64,000 nucleotides of DNA, from NCBI GenBank assembly GCA_000146045.2, contig BK006945.2, positions 320,001 to 384,000 of the forward strand, read 5' to 3'. A program made the translations under genes and the position numbers. The notes beneath the pieces were generated by a model. The model was not told the DNA's origin and ran no database searches. It saw only the letters and a list, made by a program, of their open reading frames with translations. How positions within the stretch are numbered: the first letter of the stretch is position 1; each line of letters begins with the position of its first letter. Below are positions 53,999 to 64,000 of the stretch, piece after piece. The DNA is from TPA_inf: Saccharomyces. Lineage: Eukaryota.

Positions 53999-54338
53999 TG
54001 TTGTATCTCAAAATGAGATACGTCAGTATGACAATACGTCATCCTAAACGTTCATAAAACACATATGAAACAACCTTATAACAAAACGAACAACATGAGA
54101 CAAAACCCGTCCTTCCCTAGCTGAACTACCCAAAAGTATAAATGCCTGAACAATTAGTTTAGATCCGAGATTCCGCGCTTCCACCACTTAGTATGATTCA
54201 TATTTTATATAATATATAAGATAAGTAACATCCGTGAGTTAATCTGATAAACCGTTTTGACAACTGGTAACTTCCCTAAGACTGTTTATATTAGGATTGT
54301 CAAGACACTCCGGTATTACTCGAGCCCGTAATAAAACA
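53999..54338 (+). mobile_element. Ty3 sigma solo LTR (340 bp) flanked by 5-bp target-site duplication AAAAC, 16 bp upstream of tRNA-Arg
   Basis: It begins TGTTGTATCTCAAAATGAGATACGTCAGTATGACAATACGTCA and continues through ...CCACCACTTAGTATGATTCATATTTTATATAATATATAAGATAAGTAACATCCGTGAG...CTCGAGCCCGTAATAAAACA, a near-identical match to the sigma consensus. AAAAC occurs at 53994-53998 and again at 54339-54343. Confidence 0.85.
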
Positions 54339-54354
54339 AAAACAATAAATCTTG

Positions 54355-54427
54355 TTCCTCGTGGCCCAATGGTCACGGCGTCTGGCTACGAACCAGAAGA
54401 TTCCAGGTTCAAGTCCTGGCGGGGAAG
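54355..54427 (+). tRNA. tRNA-Arg (anticodon ACG), 73 nt, intronless
   Basis: TTCCTCGTGGCCCAATGGTCACGGCGTCTGGCTACGAACCAGAAGATTCCAGGTTCAAGTCCTGGCGGGGAAG. The acceptor stem TTCCTCG/CGGGGAA has one G-U pair. The anticodon stem is TCTGG/CCAGA with loop CTACGAA. The T-arm is CCAGG-TTCAAGT-CCTGG. A downstream TTTTTTT terminator is at 54431-54437. Confidence 0.9.
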
Positions 54428-54943
54428 ATTTTTTTGCTCCGACAATTATGTCGCTACCCTTCAGTTTTGTTGAAAATGATGCTTTTATCGTTAACTTTAC
54501 TTATCTTTATTGTTTGCAAGATTACTATTAATATTAAAGAGGGTCTAGCAAGGATACTGCGATTGTTTCTAAATATTTCAACTTTCTACGTTATTCATCT
54601 TTAGGAAGCTAAAAAGCATTCAAAAGATTACTATGAAGTTAATCTTTAAACATAGTTTGATGAGCGTCTATGCAAATAGAATAACTTCAAAAAATTTTCT
54701 ATTCCATTTTTGGAAAGCCCCAAAAAGCTATATTCTATAATTTCTGAATCTTATTGTGCTTGTGGAGGTCACCCCAGTTTTCTATAAATTATTATTCAGC
54801 TATTATCCCAATACGACTAAAGGTATTGAGATTCACGGATATTTTTTCCCCTGCAACTTTCACAACTGGAGGGCTCTGTTTCTTGATTTTCTTTTTGTCA
54901 TATAAACATATCTTAGCGCGATTGCTAACAAATAGTATAGATA

Positions 54944-57238
54944 TCATAATTTTTCCTCATCCTGCACACAATTACCTATAGCAGCGTCATTCGCACCGCC
55001 CTCCTCATTGGATTTTTTAACTGTATTTCTCGTTTTAGATGAGTCTTCAACATTTCTATCGTTTTCATAAATATCAGTTTTACTGTCGGAATTTTTATTG
55101 CTCTCAGGACCACCTTCAATATCTTTATCTGCAACGGTTTCGTCCTCATTAAAATTTTCTGCATTACCCTCAAAATTCTGTTCATTTTCTTTATCATGAT
55201 CAGTGTTAATGTTCGTAACGTCTGTAAAACCATTGCTAAAATCTTGACTGTCTTCCTTATCGCCATTTTCATCGCCCTCACCGTCATCGCCATTTTCATC
55301 GCCCTCACCGTCATCGCCATTTTCATCGCCCTCACCGTCATCGTCATCGTCATCGTCCTCACTATCATCGTCATCACCACCATCATCATCATCATCCTCA
55401 GAGTCCTCATCAGTATCATCATCTTCATTGTCCTCACTATTTCCCACCTCTTCACTTTGTTGATCTGTCTCCGCATCAGGTTTATAATGTAAACCCAAGC
55501 CCATCATAGCTTTCTGTATCGCGTTCGATGTTTTACTTCTGTTTTTGAGATCTTCTGTGGATTCAGTAACATCTTCATTAGCAGTATTCTTTGGTTTATT
55601 GAAATATTCCTTCCATGAATTCCATAAGTTGGCTGCTGGCTTGTCTGTATTCTTTCCAGGATTTACAGAAATTTGGGAAACAGACTTTTTTGACTCGATG
55701 CTTTCCTGGTCTTTGATATCCTCCTCGCTTTGATGACCATTTTTATTGCTTGAAGAGTTGCTAGAGCTTCTTTTTAAATTATGAAATGTGGCCAAAAATC
55801 GTTGCTGTAATAGAGACAGAGTGTCGGCACCGTTATATATATGCTTCGGAGGAAACAAGTCGAACAATCTATCATCTGTTCTTGAGTTGAATATCAGAAA
55901 ATTTTGAGTCTCTTTCCAACTCTGAACCCAATTCAAATTGAATAAATGAACGGGATTGGAATTTAGCATATCCTCAGGTATAGTCTTCAAAGCTTGATCA
56001 TTCTCTTTATGCAGGTCCAAATAATCACTTAATTTAACACTGGAAAGTAACCCCGTTAAATAGTCCTCGAATTGCCACCTAATGAAATCCTCACTGCCTT
56101 CAAATTGAGAGTTTTTTGGAGTTTCATCATCATTTTCGTTCCATGTGTCTGATACAATTCCAGATATAGATTCAATCCATTTTTTATCATGACTTGACAA
56201 TTGGAGGACGGGGTTCAAAGTCTTGTCCAGAATATCTACAGTGGAATTGTCTGTATTGACAAATATGTGGCACAGTTCCTCCTTTTGTTCAGCAAGCAAT
56301 GTGTTGGAACTTCCAATCATAAAAAACAAAGTACGTTCTGACCGTATGTCATTCATTTGCTGCAGTGGAGTATAGGGTGAAAATAGTCCACCTTTTTCGA
56401 AAATCGGTAATGGAAAACCTAAGAATCTCAACACTGATTCTCGATTGCTTGATTTAAACGAGTCCACAACATTTAATTTCGAAATATCCTGAAACAACTG
56501 AGGACTGCCAGAATCCTGCAAATTTGACATCAAGTCCGGAATTAAGCTGATCAGACCGAACTGTAAATTACACAAAGCTTCCACGTCGTTGCCGTAAACT
56601 ATAATTTTTTTTTCAAGCATAATTGCTTTCAATAAGACTAAAGCGTTTCTCTTAAAATCATGTAGTATCTTTCTCAGACATAACCCAATATAAAGACGAT
56701 TTTCGGCATTTCTGACCAATGATGCAGGCGTGTAAATCGACTTCAGGTTTTCGTATAAAGACTGGATTATCTTCCTGTCCCCAAAATCATGCTGCAAGAA
56801 AAAAGCATTAGTCACAATACTAAGTTTGTCCTTGATTTGACCGAAGATTGGTTGCCTTGAGATGACTACAATTGCCTTCTGTACAGTAGATCGTGTTACA
56901 TCCTTATCTTTAGTGACCAATTCATCACTCTTTATCTGTCTCGAGCAAGATATGGCAAACAAAGTCGTGTTGTCATTGATGCTATCATCACTCAGATCAG
57001 TTGCCCCGTTGGGAGGGCTCCTTTGTCTTCTTTCATCATATAGTAATGTGAAATAAGTAAATGTTTCTTCAAACGAGTGAGAACCATCAGGAAGGGCCTG
57101 GAAGGGTAAATTTGGCCATAGTTCTGCACTTTGGGTGCCCTCAGGTAAGCCATACCAGTATTCTATTTCAGGGCCTCTTTTGTGATGAAAGTCCACAAGG
57201 CAGATACCGAAGATGACTGCTTCCTCGTGTTCATCCAT
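54944..57238 (-). CDS. AVL9: Late-exocytic-pathway protein (Avl9/DENN-like N-terminal domain) with long acidic, repeat-containing C-terminal tail
   Basis: The 764-aa ORF matches YLR114C in size and position. Its C-terminal 200 aa are a D/E/N-rich tail containing (GEGDENGDD)x3. Confidence 0.85.
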   Translation of the reverse strand: MDEHEEAVIFGICLVDFHHKRGPEIEYWYGLPEGTQSAELWPNLPFQALPDGSHSFEETFTYFTLLYDERRQRSPPNGATDLSDDSINDNTTLFAISCSRQIKSDELVTKDKDVTRSTVQKAIVVISRQPIFGQIKDKLSIVTNAFFLQHDFGDRKIIQSLYENLKSIYTPASLVRNAENRLYIGLCLRKILHDFKRNALVLLKAIMLEKKIIVYGNDVEALCNLQFGLISLIPDLMSNLQDSGSPQLFQDISKLNVVDSFKSSNRESVLRFLGFPLPIFEKGGLFSPYTPLQQMNDIRSERTLFFMIGSSNTLLAEQKEELCHIFVNTDNSTVDILDKTLNPVLQLSSHDKKWIESISGIVSDTWNENDDETPKNSQFEGSEDFIRWQFEDYLTGLLSSVKLSDYLDLHKENDQALKTIPEDMLNSNPVHLFNLNWVQSWKETQNFLIFNSRTDDRLFDLFPPKHIYNGADTLSLLQQRFLATFHNLKRSSSNSSSNKNGHQSEEDIKDQESIESKKSVSQISVNPGKNTDKPAANLWNSWKEYFNKPKNTANEDVTESTEDLKNRSKTSNAIQKAMMGLGLHYKPDAETDQQSEEVGNSEDNEDDDTDEDSEDDDDDGGDDDDSEDDDDDDDGEGDENGDDGEGDENGDDGEGDENGDKEDSQDFSNGFTDVTNINTDHDKENEQNFEGNAENFNEDETVADKDIEGGPESNKNSDSKTDIYENDRNVEDSSKTRNTVKKSNEEGGANDAAIGNCVQDEEKL
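55259..55339. repeat. AVL9: Perfect 27-bp tandem repeat x3 (ATCGCCATTTTCATCGCCCTCACCGTC) inside the AVL9 coding region, followed by (ATCGTC)n
   Basis: The three units 55259-55285, 55286-55312 and 55313-55339 are identical. They encode the DGEGDENGD repeat on the minus strand. Confidence 0.9.
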
Positions 57239-57984
57239 TATTTTGACAACAAGGTTGCAGCGAGGCAGAATGTATATGTTAGTTTGATATGGTCTTCCTG
57301 CTTGGATTCCTTTAAGGCTTCAAAATTTTCTTGAAAAGGAAACTTCGTGAATGAGCTGTAAGGATGCTTGATCGGGCCGTACATTCTTATGCAAGATCCA
57401 TTATTGACTGCTCTCTGTTGGGTTAGCTTCCATATCTTCCGTTACCCGTTCGTATAATCATTACCCGACGGACAAGCATCATTTCAGCGGCTATTTTTGC
57501 TAGGCAAACCTCCTAAGCAATGATACTTCTCAAACGTTCAATGGAAGTAATAGAAGTTCAACTTACCCCATTAATAATCCACACATTAGAAGGTTGGGAC
57601 AATAAAAATAAAAAGCATTAATTAGTGTAAACTTTGCTCCCAAATGCAAGTCTAAGGTAAGTTCTTTGGTTCATGGAGTTTTTGCAGTGTAATCTCACGT
57701 GCACTAGACTGAGTAAAGCGAACCTGAGTTCAAGAAATAATGATTCACCTATGACATATAGTCCAACTATACAAGCAATGAACCCTTACGGATTGAAGTC
57801 ATTCAATGTTCAATGTTTGTTGTAATAAGAAATATTACTAGAAAAAGATTTTTTCTTTCGGCGGCGTTTTCCCGCTTTTCTTAAACAATCTGCAGTTTTA
57901 ACATCGAATTCACGAATATTTGTTCGCTAAAGAAATAACACAGAAGATGAAATGAAGAACATACATTGAGGGCGACGAATATAT

Positions 57985-60564
57985 ATGACTTATAAATACA
58001 ATTGCTGTGATGATGGATCAGGAACCACCGTTGGTTCAGTGGTACGATTTGATAACGTCACCTTGTTAATCGATCCCGGTTGGAATCCATCTAAAGTATC
58101 GTATGAGCAATGCATCAAGTACTGGGAAAAAGTGATACCGGAAATTGATGTAATAATACTATCACAACCAACAATTGAATGTTTAGGTGCTCATTCCCTT
58201 CTGTACTATAATTTTACCTCGCATTTCATATCCAGAATTCAAGTTTACGCAACTCTTCCTGTTATCAACTTAGGGAGAGTTTCCACCATAGATTCATATG
58301 CATCTGCAGGTGTTATAGGTCCATATGACACAAATAAACTCGATCTTGAAGATATTGAGATATCTTTTGATCATATTGTACCTTTGAAGTACTCGCAATT
58401 GGTAGATCTACGATCAAGATACGATGGATTGACTTTACTGGCGTACAATGCTGGTGTGTGTCCAGGTGGTTCTATTTGGTGCATTAGCACATACTCAGAG
58501 AAATTGGTTTATGCAAAGCGATGGAACCACACTAGAGATAACATACTAAATGCTGCTTCTATATTGGACGCCACTGGTAAGCCCTTATCAACTTTGATGA
58601 GGCCCTCTGCAATAATTACTACTTTGGACAGGTTTGGCTCCTCTCAACCGTTTAAAAAACGTTCAAAAATCTTTAAAGATACATTAAAGAAAGGTTTGAG
58701 TTCGGATGGGTCCGTTATAATACCGGTAGATATGAGTGGCAAATTTCTGGACCTGTTCACACAAGTTCATGAGTTATTATTTGAAAGCACAAAGATCAAT
58801 GCGCACACACAAGTACCTGTACTTATTCTGTCTTACGCGAGAGGAAGAACTCTAACATATGCCAAATCAATGCTCGAGTGGCTGTCCCCTTCACTACTTA
58901 AGACATGGGAAAACAGAAATAATACTTCTCCATTTGAAATTGGATCACGGATCAAAATCATCGCACCAAACGAATTGAGTAAATATCCTGGTTCAAAGAT
59001 TTGCTTCGTATCTGAGGTAGGAGCTTTGATTAATGAAGTGATAATTAAAGTTGGTAATTCTGAGAAGACAACCTTGATTTTGACCAAGCCGAGCTTTGAA
59101 TGTGCGTCGTCTTTAGACAAGATACTAGAAATTGTTGAACAAGATGAAAGAAATTGGAAAACATTTCCTGAAGATGGTAAATCATTCCTCTGCGATAATT
59201 ACATTTCAATAGACACCATAAAAGAAGAACCCTTGAGTAAAGAGGAAACAGAGGCGTTTAAAGTACAGCTTAAAGAAAAGAAAAGGGACAGAAATAAGAA
59301 AATTCTACTGGTGAAAAGAGAGTCTAAGAAACTGGCTAACGGCAACGCAATCATAGATGATACCAACGGAGAGAGGGCAATGAGAAATCAAGACATTTTA
59401 GTGGAAAACGTCAATGGAGTACCACCGATTGATCATATTATGGGGGGTGACGAAGATGATGATGAAGAGGAAGAAAACGACAATTTGTTGAATTTACTCA
59501 AGGATAACTCTGAGAAATCAGCAGCGAAAAAAAATACGGAAGTTCCTGTAGACATTATAATTCAACCAAGTGCCGCTTCAAAACATAAAATGTTCCCATT
59601 TAACCCCGCTAAAATCAAGAAAGATGATTATGGTACTGTTGTAGATTTTACGATGTTTTTACCTGATGATTCTGACAATGTTAATCAAAATAGCAGGAAA
59701 AGACCTCTCAAAGACGGTGCTAAAACCACGAGCCCTGTAAACGAAGAAGATAACAAAAATGAAGAAGAAGATGGTTATAATATGAGTGATCCAATTAGCA
59801 AAAGGAGCAAACACCGTGCTTCTCGTTACTCGGGATTTTCTGGAACCGGAGAAGCAGAAAATTTTGATAACCTTGACTATTTAAAGATAGACAAAACGCT
59901 CTCCAAAAGAACAATCTCAACTGTAAATGTCCAATTGAAATGCTCCGTAGTAATCCTAAATTTACAGAGTTTAGTTGATCAAAGGTCTGCATCTATTATA
60001 TGGCCATCGCTAAAATCTAGAAAAATAGTTCTTTCCGCCCCCAAACAGATTCAAAATGAAGAAATTACGGCAAAACTTATCAAGAAAAATATTGAAGTGG
60101 TCAACATGCCATTAAATAAGATAGTGGAATTCAGTACAACAATAAAGACCCTGGATATCTCCATTGACTCCAACCTCGATAACCTTTTGAAATGGCAACG
60201 TATCAGTGATAGTTATACAGTTGCCACTGTCGTTGGCAGGCTGGTTAAGGAGAGCCTACCGCAAGTGAACAATCATCAAAAAACAGCGTCAAGGAGTAAA
60301 CTAGTCTTGAAACCATTACACGGTTCATCTAGGAGCCATAAAACAGGTGCGTTGTCAATCGGTGACGTTAGGTTAGCACAATTAAAGAAACTTCTCACAG
60401 AGAAAAACTACATTGCAGAATTTAAAGGGGAAGGTACACTTGTCATAAATGAAAAAGTAGCAGTCCGCAAAATCAATGATGCAGAAACTATTATCGATGG
60501 TACGCCTTCCGAACTTTTTGATACTGTCAAAAAATTGGTTACGGATATGTTAGCAAAAATCTAG
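57985..60564 (+). CDS. CFT2: Cleavage and polyadenylation factor subunit (CPSF-100 homologue; metallo-beta-lactamase/beta-CASP fold without intact catalytic His motif)
   Basis: The 859-aa ORF has an N-terminal MBL-like segment (VTLLIDPGWN), a beta-CASP region and an acidic insert (GGDEDDDEEEEND). Size and position match YLR115W. Confidence 0.85.
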   Translation: MTYKYNCCDDGSGTTVGSVVRFDNVTLLIDPGWNPSKVSYEQCIKYWEKVIPEIDVIILSQPTIECLGAHSLLYYNFTSHFISRIQVYATLPVINLGRVSTIDSYASAGVIGPYDTNKLDLEDIEISFDHIVPLKYSQLVDLRSRYDGLTLLAYNAGVCPGGSIWCISTYSEKLVYAKRWNHTRDNILNAASILDATGKPLSTLMRPSAIITTLDRFGSSQPFKKRSKIFKDTLKKGLSSDGSVIIPVDMSGKFLDLFTQVHELLFESTKINAHTQVPVLILSYARGRTLTYAKSMLEWLSPSLLKTWENRNNTSPFEIGSRIKIIAPNELSKYPGSKICFVSEVGALINEVIIKVGNSEKTTLILTKPSFECASSLDKILEIVEQDERNWKTFPEDGKSFLCDNYISIDTIKEEPLSKEETEAFKVQLKEKKRDRNKKILLVKRESKKLANGNAIIDDTNGERAMRNQDILVENVNGVPPIDHIMGGDEDDDEEEENDNLLNLLKDNSEKSAAKKNTEVPVDIIIQPSAASKHKMFPFNPAKIKKDDYGTVVDFTMFLPDDSDNVNQNSRKRPLKDGAKTTSPVNEEDNKNEEEDGYNMSDPISKRSKHRASRYSGFSGTGEAENFDNLDYLKIDKTLSKRTISTVNVQLKCSVVILNLQSLVDQRSASIIWPSLKSRKIVLSAPKQIQNEEITAKLIKKNIEVVNMPLNKIVEFSTTIKTLDISIDSNLDNLLKWQRISDSYTVATVVGRLVKESLPQVNNHQKTASRSKLVLKPLHGSSRSHKTGALSIGDVRLAQLKKLLTEKNYIAEFKGEGTLVINEKVAVRKINDAETIIDGTPSELFDTVKKLVTDMLAKI

Positions 60565-60821
60565 CCTTCTTGTATACAGCACAAATAAAAGGTTCAATTT
60601 ACGTTCGTGGACTGCCCACAAAACAGTATGTGACATAAATTGCTGTGTATCTCGCACCGCTATTATCTGTATATAACATTCTAACTCACTTTTAACGATA
60701 TTAGCATTATTGATTTCTTTCTTTTTCTGCTGAATTTCACCAAGCGGAAATTTTCAAAGCAGAATTTTTTCCCTAATTTGCTACAAGTGCTATTCTATCC
60801 CACAATAAAAGGAAATTGTTG

Positions 60822-62252
60822 ATGAGTTTTAGAAGGATTAACTCTAGATACTTTGAAAATAGAAAAGGAAGCAGTATGGAAGAAAAAAAAGCAAAGGTTC
60901 CTCCAAACGTCAACCTTTCGTTATGGAGAAAGAACACGGTAGAAAGCGATGTCCATCGATTCAATTCTCTTCCATCAAAAATTAGTGGGGCCCTAACTAG
61001 GGAACAAATATACTCCTATCAAGTCATGTTTAGGATTCAAGAAATTACCATCAAACTGCGTACGAACGATTTTGTGCCCCCCTCCAGGAAAAATAGGTCA
61101 CCTTCTCCGCCACCAGTTTATGATGCCCAAGGTAAAAGAACGAATACCCGTGAGCAGAGGTATAGAAAGAAACTAGAGGATGAACGTATTAAACTTGTTG
61201 AGATAGCCCTAAAGACCATCCCTTACTTCGTTCCTCCGGATGATTACAAGAGACCTACCAAATTTCAGGACAAGTATTATATCCCGGTGGATCAGTATCC
61301 TGATGTCAATTTTGTTGGTTTATTATTAGGTCCTCGTGGACGTACGTTAAGAAAGCTGCAAGAAGATTCGAATTGTAAGATTGCAATTAGAGGAAGAGGT
61401 TCAGTCAAAGAAGGTAAGAATGCAAGTGACTTACCTCCAGGCGCCATGAACTTTGAGGACCCCTTGCACTGTTTAATTATCGCAGACTCGGAAGACAAGA
61501 TCCAAAAAGGTATAAAAGTTTGTCAAAACATTGTTATCAAAGCGGTGACATCTCCGGAAGGCCAGAATGACTTGAAACGAGGACAACTGAGAGAATTGGC
61601 GGAACTTAATGGTACTTTAAGAGAAGATAACAGGCCCTGTCCAATCTGTGGTTTAAAAGATCATAAAAGGTACGATTGTCCAAACAGAAAAATCCCAAAT
61701 ATACAGGGCATTGTTTGCAAAATATGTGGACAAACTGGACATTTCAGTAGAGACTGTAACTCATCGTCTCAAAGAATGAGCCGTTTTGACAGAAACGCCA
61801 CGGTAAATAATTCTGCGCCAATACAGAGCAATGACGTACACTATAATAGCAATACTCATCCAATTCAAGCACCAAAAAGATCTCGTTATGACAATAACTC
61901 GACGGAACCTCCTTTAAAATTTCCGGCTTCTTCACGTTATGCACCATCACCTTCACCTCCTGCGTCACATATTTCGAGGCAAGCTCAAAACGTGACGCCT
62001 ACACCCCCTCCCGGCCTAACATCAAGTAGCTTTAGTTCCGGAGTTCCAGGAATCGCCCCTCCCCCATTACAAAGCCCTCCAGAGTCGGAACAACCGAAAT
62101 TTTCGCTACCTCCACCTCCCGGTATGACTACGGTACAATCCTCAATTGCACCTCCTCCTGGCCTAAGCGGTCCTCCAGGGTTTTCTAATAACATGGGCAA
62201 TGACATTAACAAACCTACACCTCCGGGACTGCAAGGGCCTCCCGGATTATAA
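60822..62252 (+). CDS. MSL5: Branchpoint-binding protein / SF1 homologue: KH-QUA2 domain, two CCHC zinc knuckles, Pro-rich C-terminus
   Basis: The ORF track starts at a TTG at 60816. The ATG is at 60822 ([10 protein letters not shown]...), giving 476 aa. A KH motif ([30 protein letters not shown]) is present. The zinc knuckles are [14 protein letters not shown] and [23 protein letters not shown] repeats are present. Confidence 0.88.
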
Positions 62253-62470
62253 TACACTCCCATTATACAATATCTGCATTTTTTTTTATTTGTGTTGAAG
62301 GTATGTAGTCTCTATTTTGCATAGTTCCTTTTTTTGTTGGTTTTTTGCCTTCCTGGTTATTATTAACTTTTGATATTTAATTTACTTACTAGCTTATTCT
62401 ACTACTGTTTAGTTTCTACGGCCTGAACTACAATGACAAAAATATTATTTCACGATACCCTTACCTTTAT

Positions 62471-64000
62471 TCAAAGTGCCTGTTCCTGTTTCCATTTTTT
62501 GGCTAGTTCCAAGAACTTTGATGGTTTTGGCTTGTCATCATCGATATCATCAGGAAAAATGTAATCCACGAATTCTTCTTCCACACCGTTCTGTAACCTC
62601 ACTTTTTTGATTACTTTAGGGAATCTTTTCTTGACGGTTTCTTGATCGAGTTCAGTACCGTAAGTTTCTTCATAGTCTTTTAGCGCTTCCAAAATAGACA
62701 GTCTCCCTTGTTTATCATCCTTCTCCTTGAAAAAAACTATCGCCTCTTCAAAAACTTTTCTTGCCTCCAATTTATTCTCATCGGTAATTTCAAACTCTAT
62801 GTCTTCATCCACATTTTCGCTTTGCAGTTTTGCTAAATCTAATAGTTGTTGCTCCGTCGGGGTTGAAGTTTGATACATGGCGAATTCGATCCAGCTTTGG
62901 GGGGAATATTGGTTGAGCTCCAAATATCTTCTATAAAGCTTCCTTGCCTTTTCAAATTCTTGTGATTCTGTCTCAAATGTTATGTATTTTTGAAGTAATA
63001 CAATTTTAGCCTCCTTTGTTAAGAAATCAGAATTTTCATCTAGTGCAATTGTATATATACCTCTTACTCTATCCCAATCTCCTAAATTTTCTTCTAGTTC
63101 TCCATATTGTGACCAAATTTGTAGATCAGAGGGCTGAAATTCAATAAATTTCTCATATATTTTTCTCACACGATCAAATTCCTTCAACTTCACTTCCAAC
63201 TCGATATATCCTTTGAAAGTTTTAGCCTTAGGACATAAACCGATTGCTTTACCCAAAATTTTTCTCGCCTTCGGTACATCATCATGTCGTATCAGAAATT
63301 TAGCATACATTAGCCATATTTTGGAAAAAGTGAAATGTTTATGAGGGATGATGTCGTCAATTAACCTCTGAAAAAGTTCTTCTTCTAAAAGCGAATTTTC
63401 CAATTCTAACTCAACATAGCATATATATCTCATCCACAGATAAATATACCTTTTCCACTGAACATTTTTTGATAGTTCTTTTGGTCGGCTGTCCACAATA
63501 GCTTTCTCGAAAGTTTGCATTATTTGTTTGGGGAAACTTTCTGAAATGAGATCCAAGTACAGCCACCAGGTGTCATAATCATAGGCGTTATTACTCAATA
63601 TTGTTTCATACTCCATTTTCCTTTTATAGCTAATAGTTTCTTCTATTGAGTTTATGTCACCAAACTGCTTTTCAAAATCCAACAGTCCTGCCTTGAGCAA
63701 TTGATTGGAGGGCCATTTTTCTATAGCAATTTGATAAAGAGCACTAGATCTTTCGTATTCTTGCTGCGCAGCTTCCCAATGAGCAAATGAATTTACTAAT
63801 TTTGCAACCTCCATATCAGACCAAATCTGTAAATTTTGGAGGTTAGCTACTGTGTCTATCGCTAAAGAATACACACTTCTCGTAAATTCAGTATTACCAT
63901 GTCTATTTTCAAACCTCACCCACTTTAGCCATGTCTGCATTTGCGGGTGAGCCATGACGTATTTTGAGTAAATCTCTCTTACACCGTTCCAGTTTTTCTG
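62471..64000 (-). CDS. CLF1: Crooked-neck-like splicing factor with HAT/TPR repeats; C-terminal ~510 codons only (N-terminus lies beyond the window end)
   Basis: The open frame continues to the window edge without a start. Repeated W..Y...E half-a-TPR motifs are present. Position after MSL5 matches YLR117C. Confidence 0.8.
   Translation of the reverse strand, partial: QKNWNGVREIYSKYVMAHPQMQTWLKWVRFENRHGNTEFTRSVYSLAIDTVANLQNLQIWSDMEVAKLVNSFAHWEAAQQEYERSSALYQIAIEKWPSNQLLKAGLLDFEKQFGDINSIEETISYKRKMEYETILSNNAYDYDTWWLYLDLISESFPKQIMQTFEKAIVDSRPKELSKNVQWKRYIYLWMRYICYVELELENSLLEEELFQRLIDDIIPHKHFTFSKIWLMYAKFLIRHDDVPKARKILGKAIGLCPKAKTFKGYIELEVKLKEFDRVRKIYEKFIEFQPSDLQIWSQYGELEENLGDWDRVRGIYTIALDENSDFLTKEAKIVLLQKYITFETESQEFEKARKLYRRYLELNQYSPQSWIEFAMYQTSTPTEQQLLDLAKLQSENVDEDIEFEITDENKLEARKVFEEAIVFFKEKDDKQGRLSILEALKDYEETYGTELDQETVKKRFPKVIKKVRLQNGVEEEFVDYIFPDDIDDDKPKPSKFLELAKKWKQEQAL

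Noticed and set aside
54976-55492. Minus-strand 166-aa and plus-strand 98-aa ORFs within the AVL9 acidic-tail repeats
   Set aside because: They are alternative-frame readings of the 27-bp tandem repeat and (GAT/GAC)n. They have no independent support.
1-64000. Searched for an unusual or undescribed gene system (clustered, co-oriented uncharacterised ORFs; arrays; toxin-like or defence-like modules)
   Set aside because: Every sizeable ORF corresponds to a recognisable, functionally unrelated yeast housekeeping gene in the known chromosome XII order. There are no arrays, no operon-like clusters and no foreign-looking composition apart from the retrotransposon LTRs. I see no basis for claiming a novel system.

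Overview
This window reads as a well-characterised stretch of Saccharomyces cerevisiae chromosome XII, running from YLR090W (XDJ1) to a 3'-truncated YLR117C (CLF1). I identified it by recognising the translated ORFs; I cannot run a search to confirm, but the order and lengths of more than 25 genes are mutually consistent with the XDJ1 to CLF1 block.

Gene content on my reading: XDJ1, GEP5, SUL2, NYV1 (spliced, with a 16-nt first exon that the ORF track misses), GIS3, IOC2, KIN2, HRT3, CHA4, ICT1, MIM2, ERG27, APC9, CDC45, LCL2, SEN2, the 4910-aa AAA+ ATPase midasin (MDN1), REX3, the U6 snRNA gene SNR6, YLR108C, AHP1, CCW12, HOG1, a tRNA-Arg(ACG), AVL9, CFT2, MSL5 and the 5'-most part of CLF1.

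The ORF track accepts non-ATG starts (TTG/GTG), so IOC2, ICT1 and MSL5 are artificially extended at the N-terminus; I give the ATG-corrected coordinates.

Non-coding content I can support directly from the sequence:
- A diverged solo Ty1/Ty2 delta LTR lies about 100 bp upstream of SNR6, and the characteristic SNR6 downstream B-box is present.
- A Ty3 sigma solo LTR with a 5-bp AAAAC target-site duplication sits 16 bp upstream of the tRNA-Arg, next to a truncated delta-like LTR fragment.
- Several promoters carry the motifs expected for their genes: PAC+RRPE upstream of MDN1, two MCB boxes upstream of CDC45, two Cbf1 E-boxes plus a Met31/32 core upstream of SUL2, and a Yap1-type TTAGTAA element upstream of AHP1.
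- Coding tandem and trinucleotide repeats occur in AVL9, IOC2, LCL2, HOG1 and CCW12.
- MDN1 carries a roughly 1.8-kb Asp/Glu-rich low-complexity linker.

I found no evidence of a novel or undescribed system. This is an ordinary euchromatic yeast region; the most noteworthy items are the two Pol III-gene-associated retrotransposon insertion sites and an atypically GC-rich, functionally opaque segment between CCW12 and HOG1.
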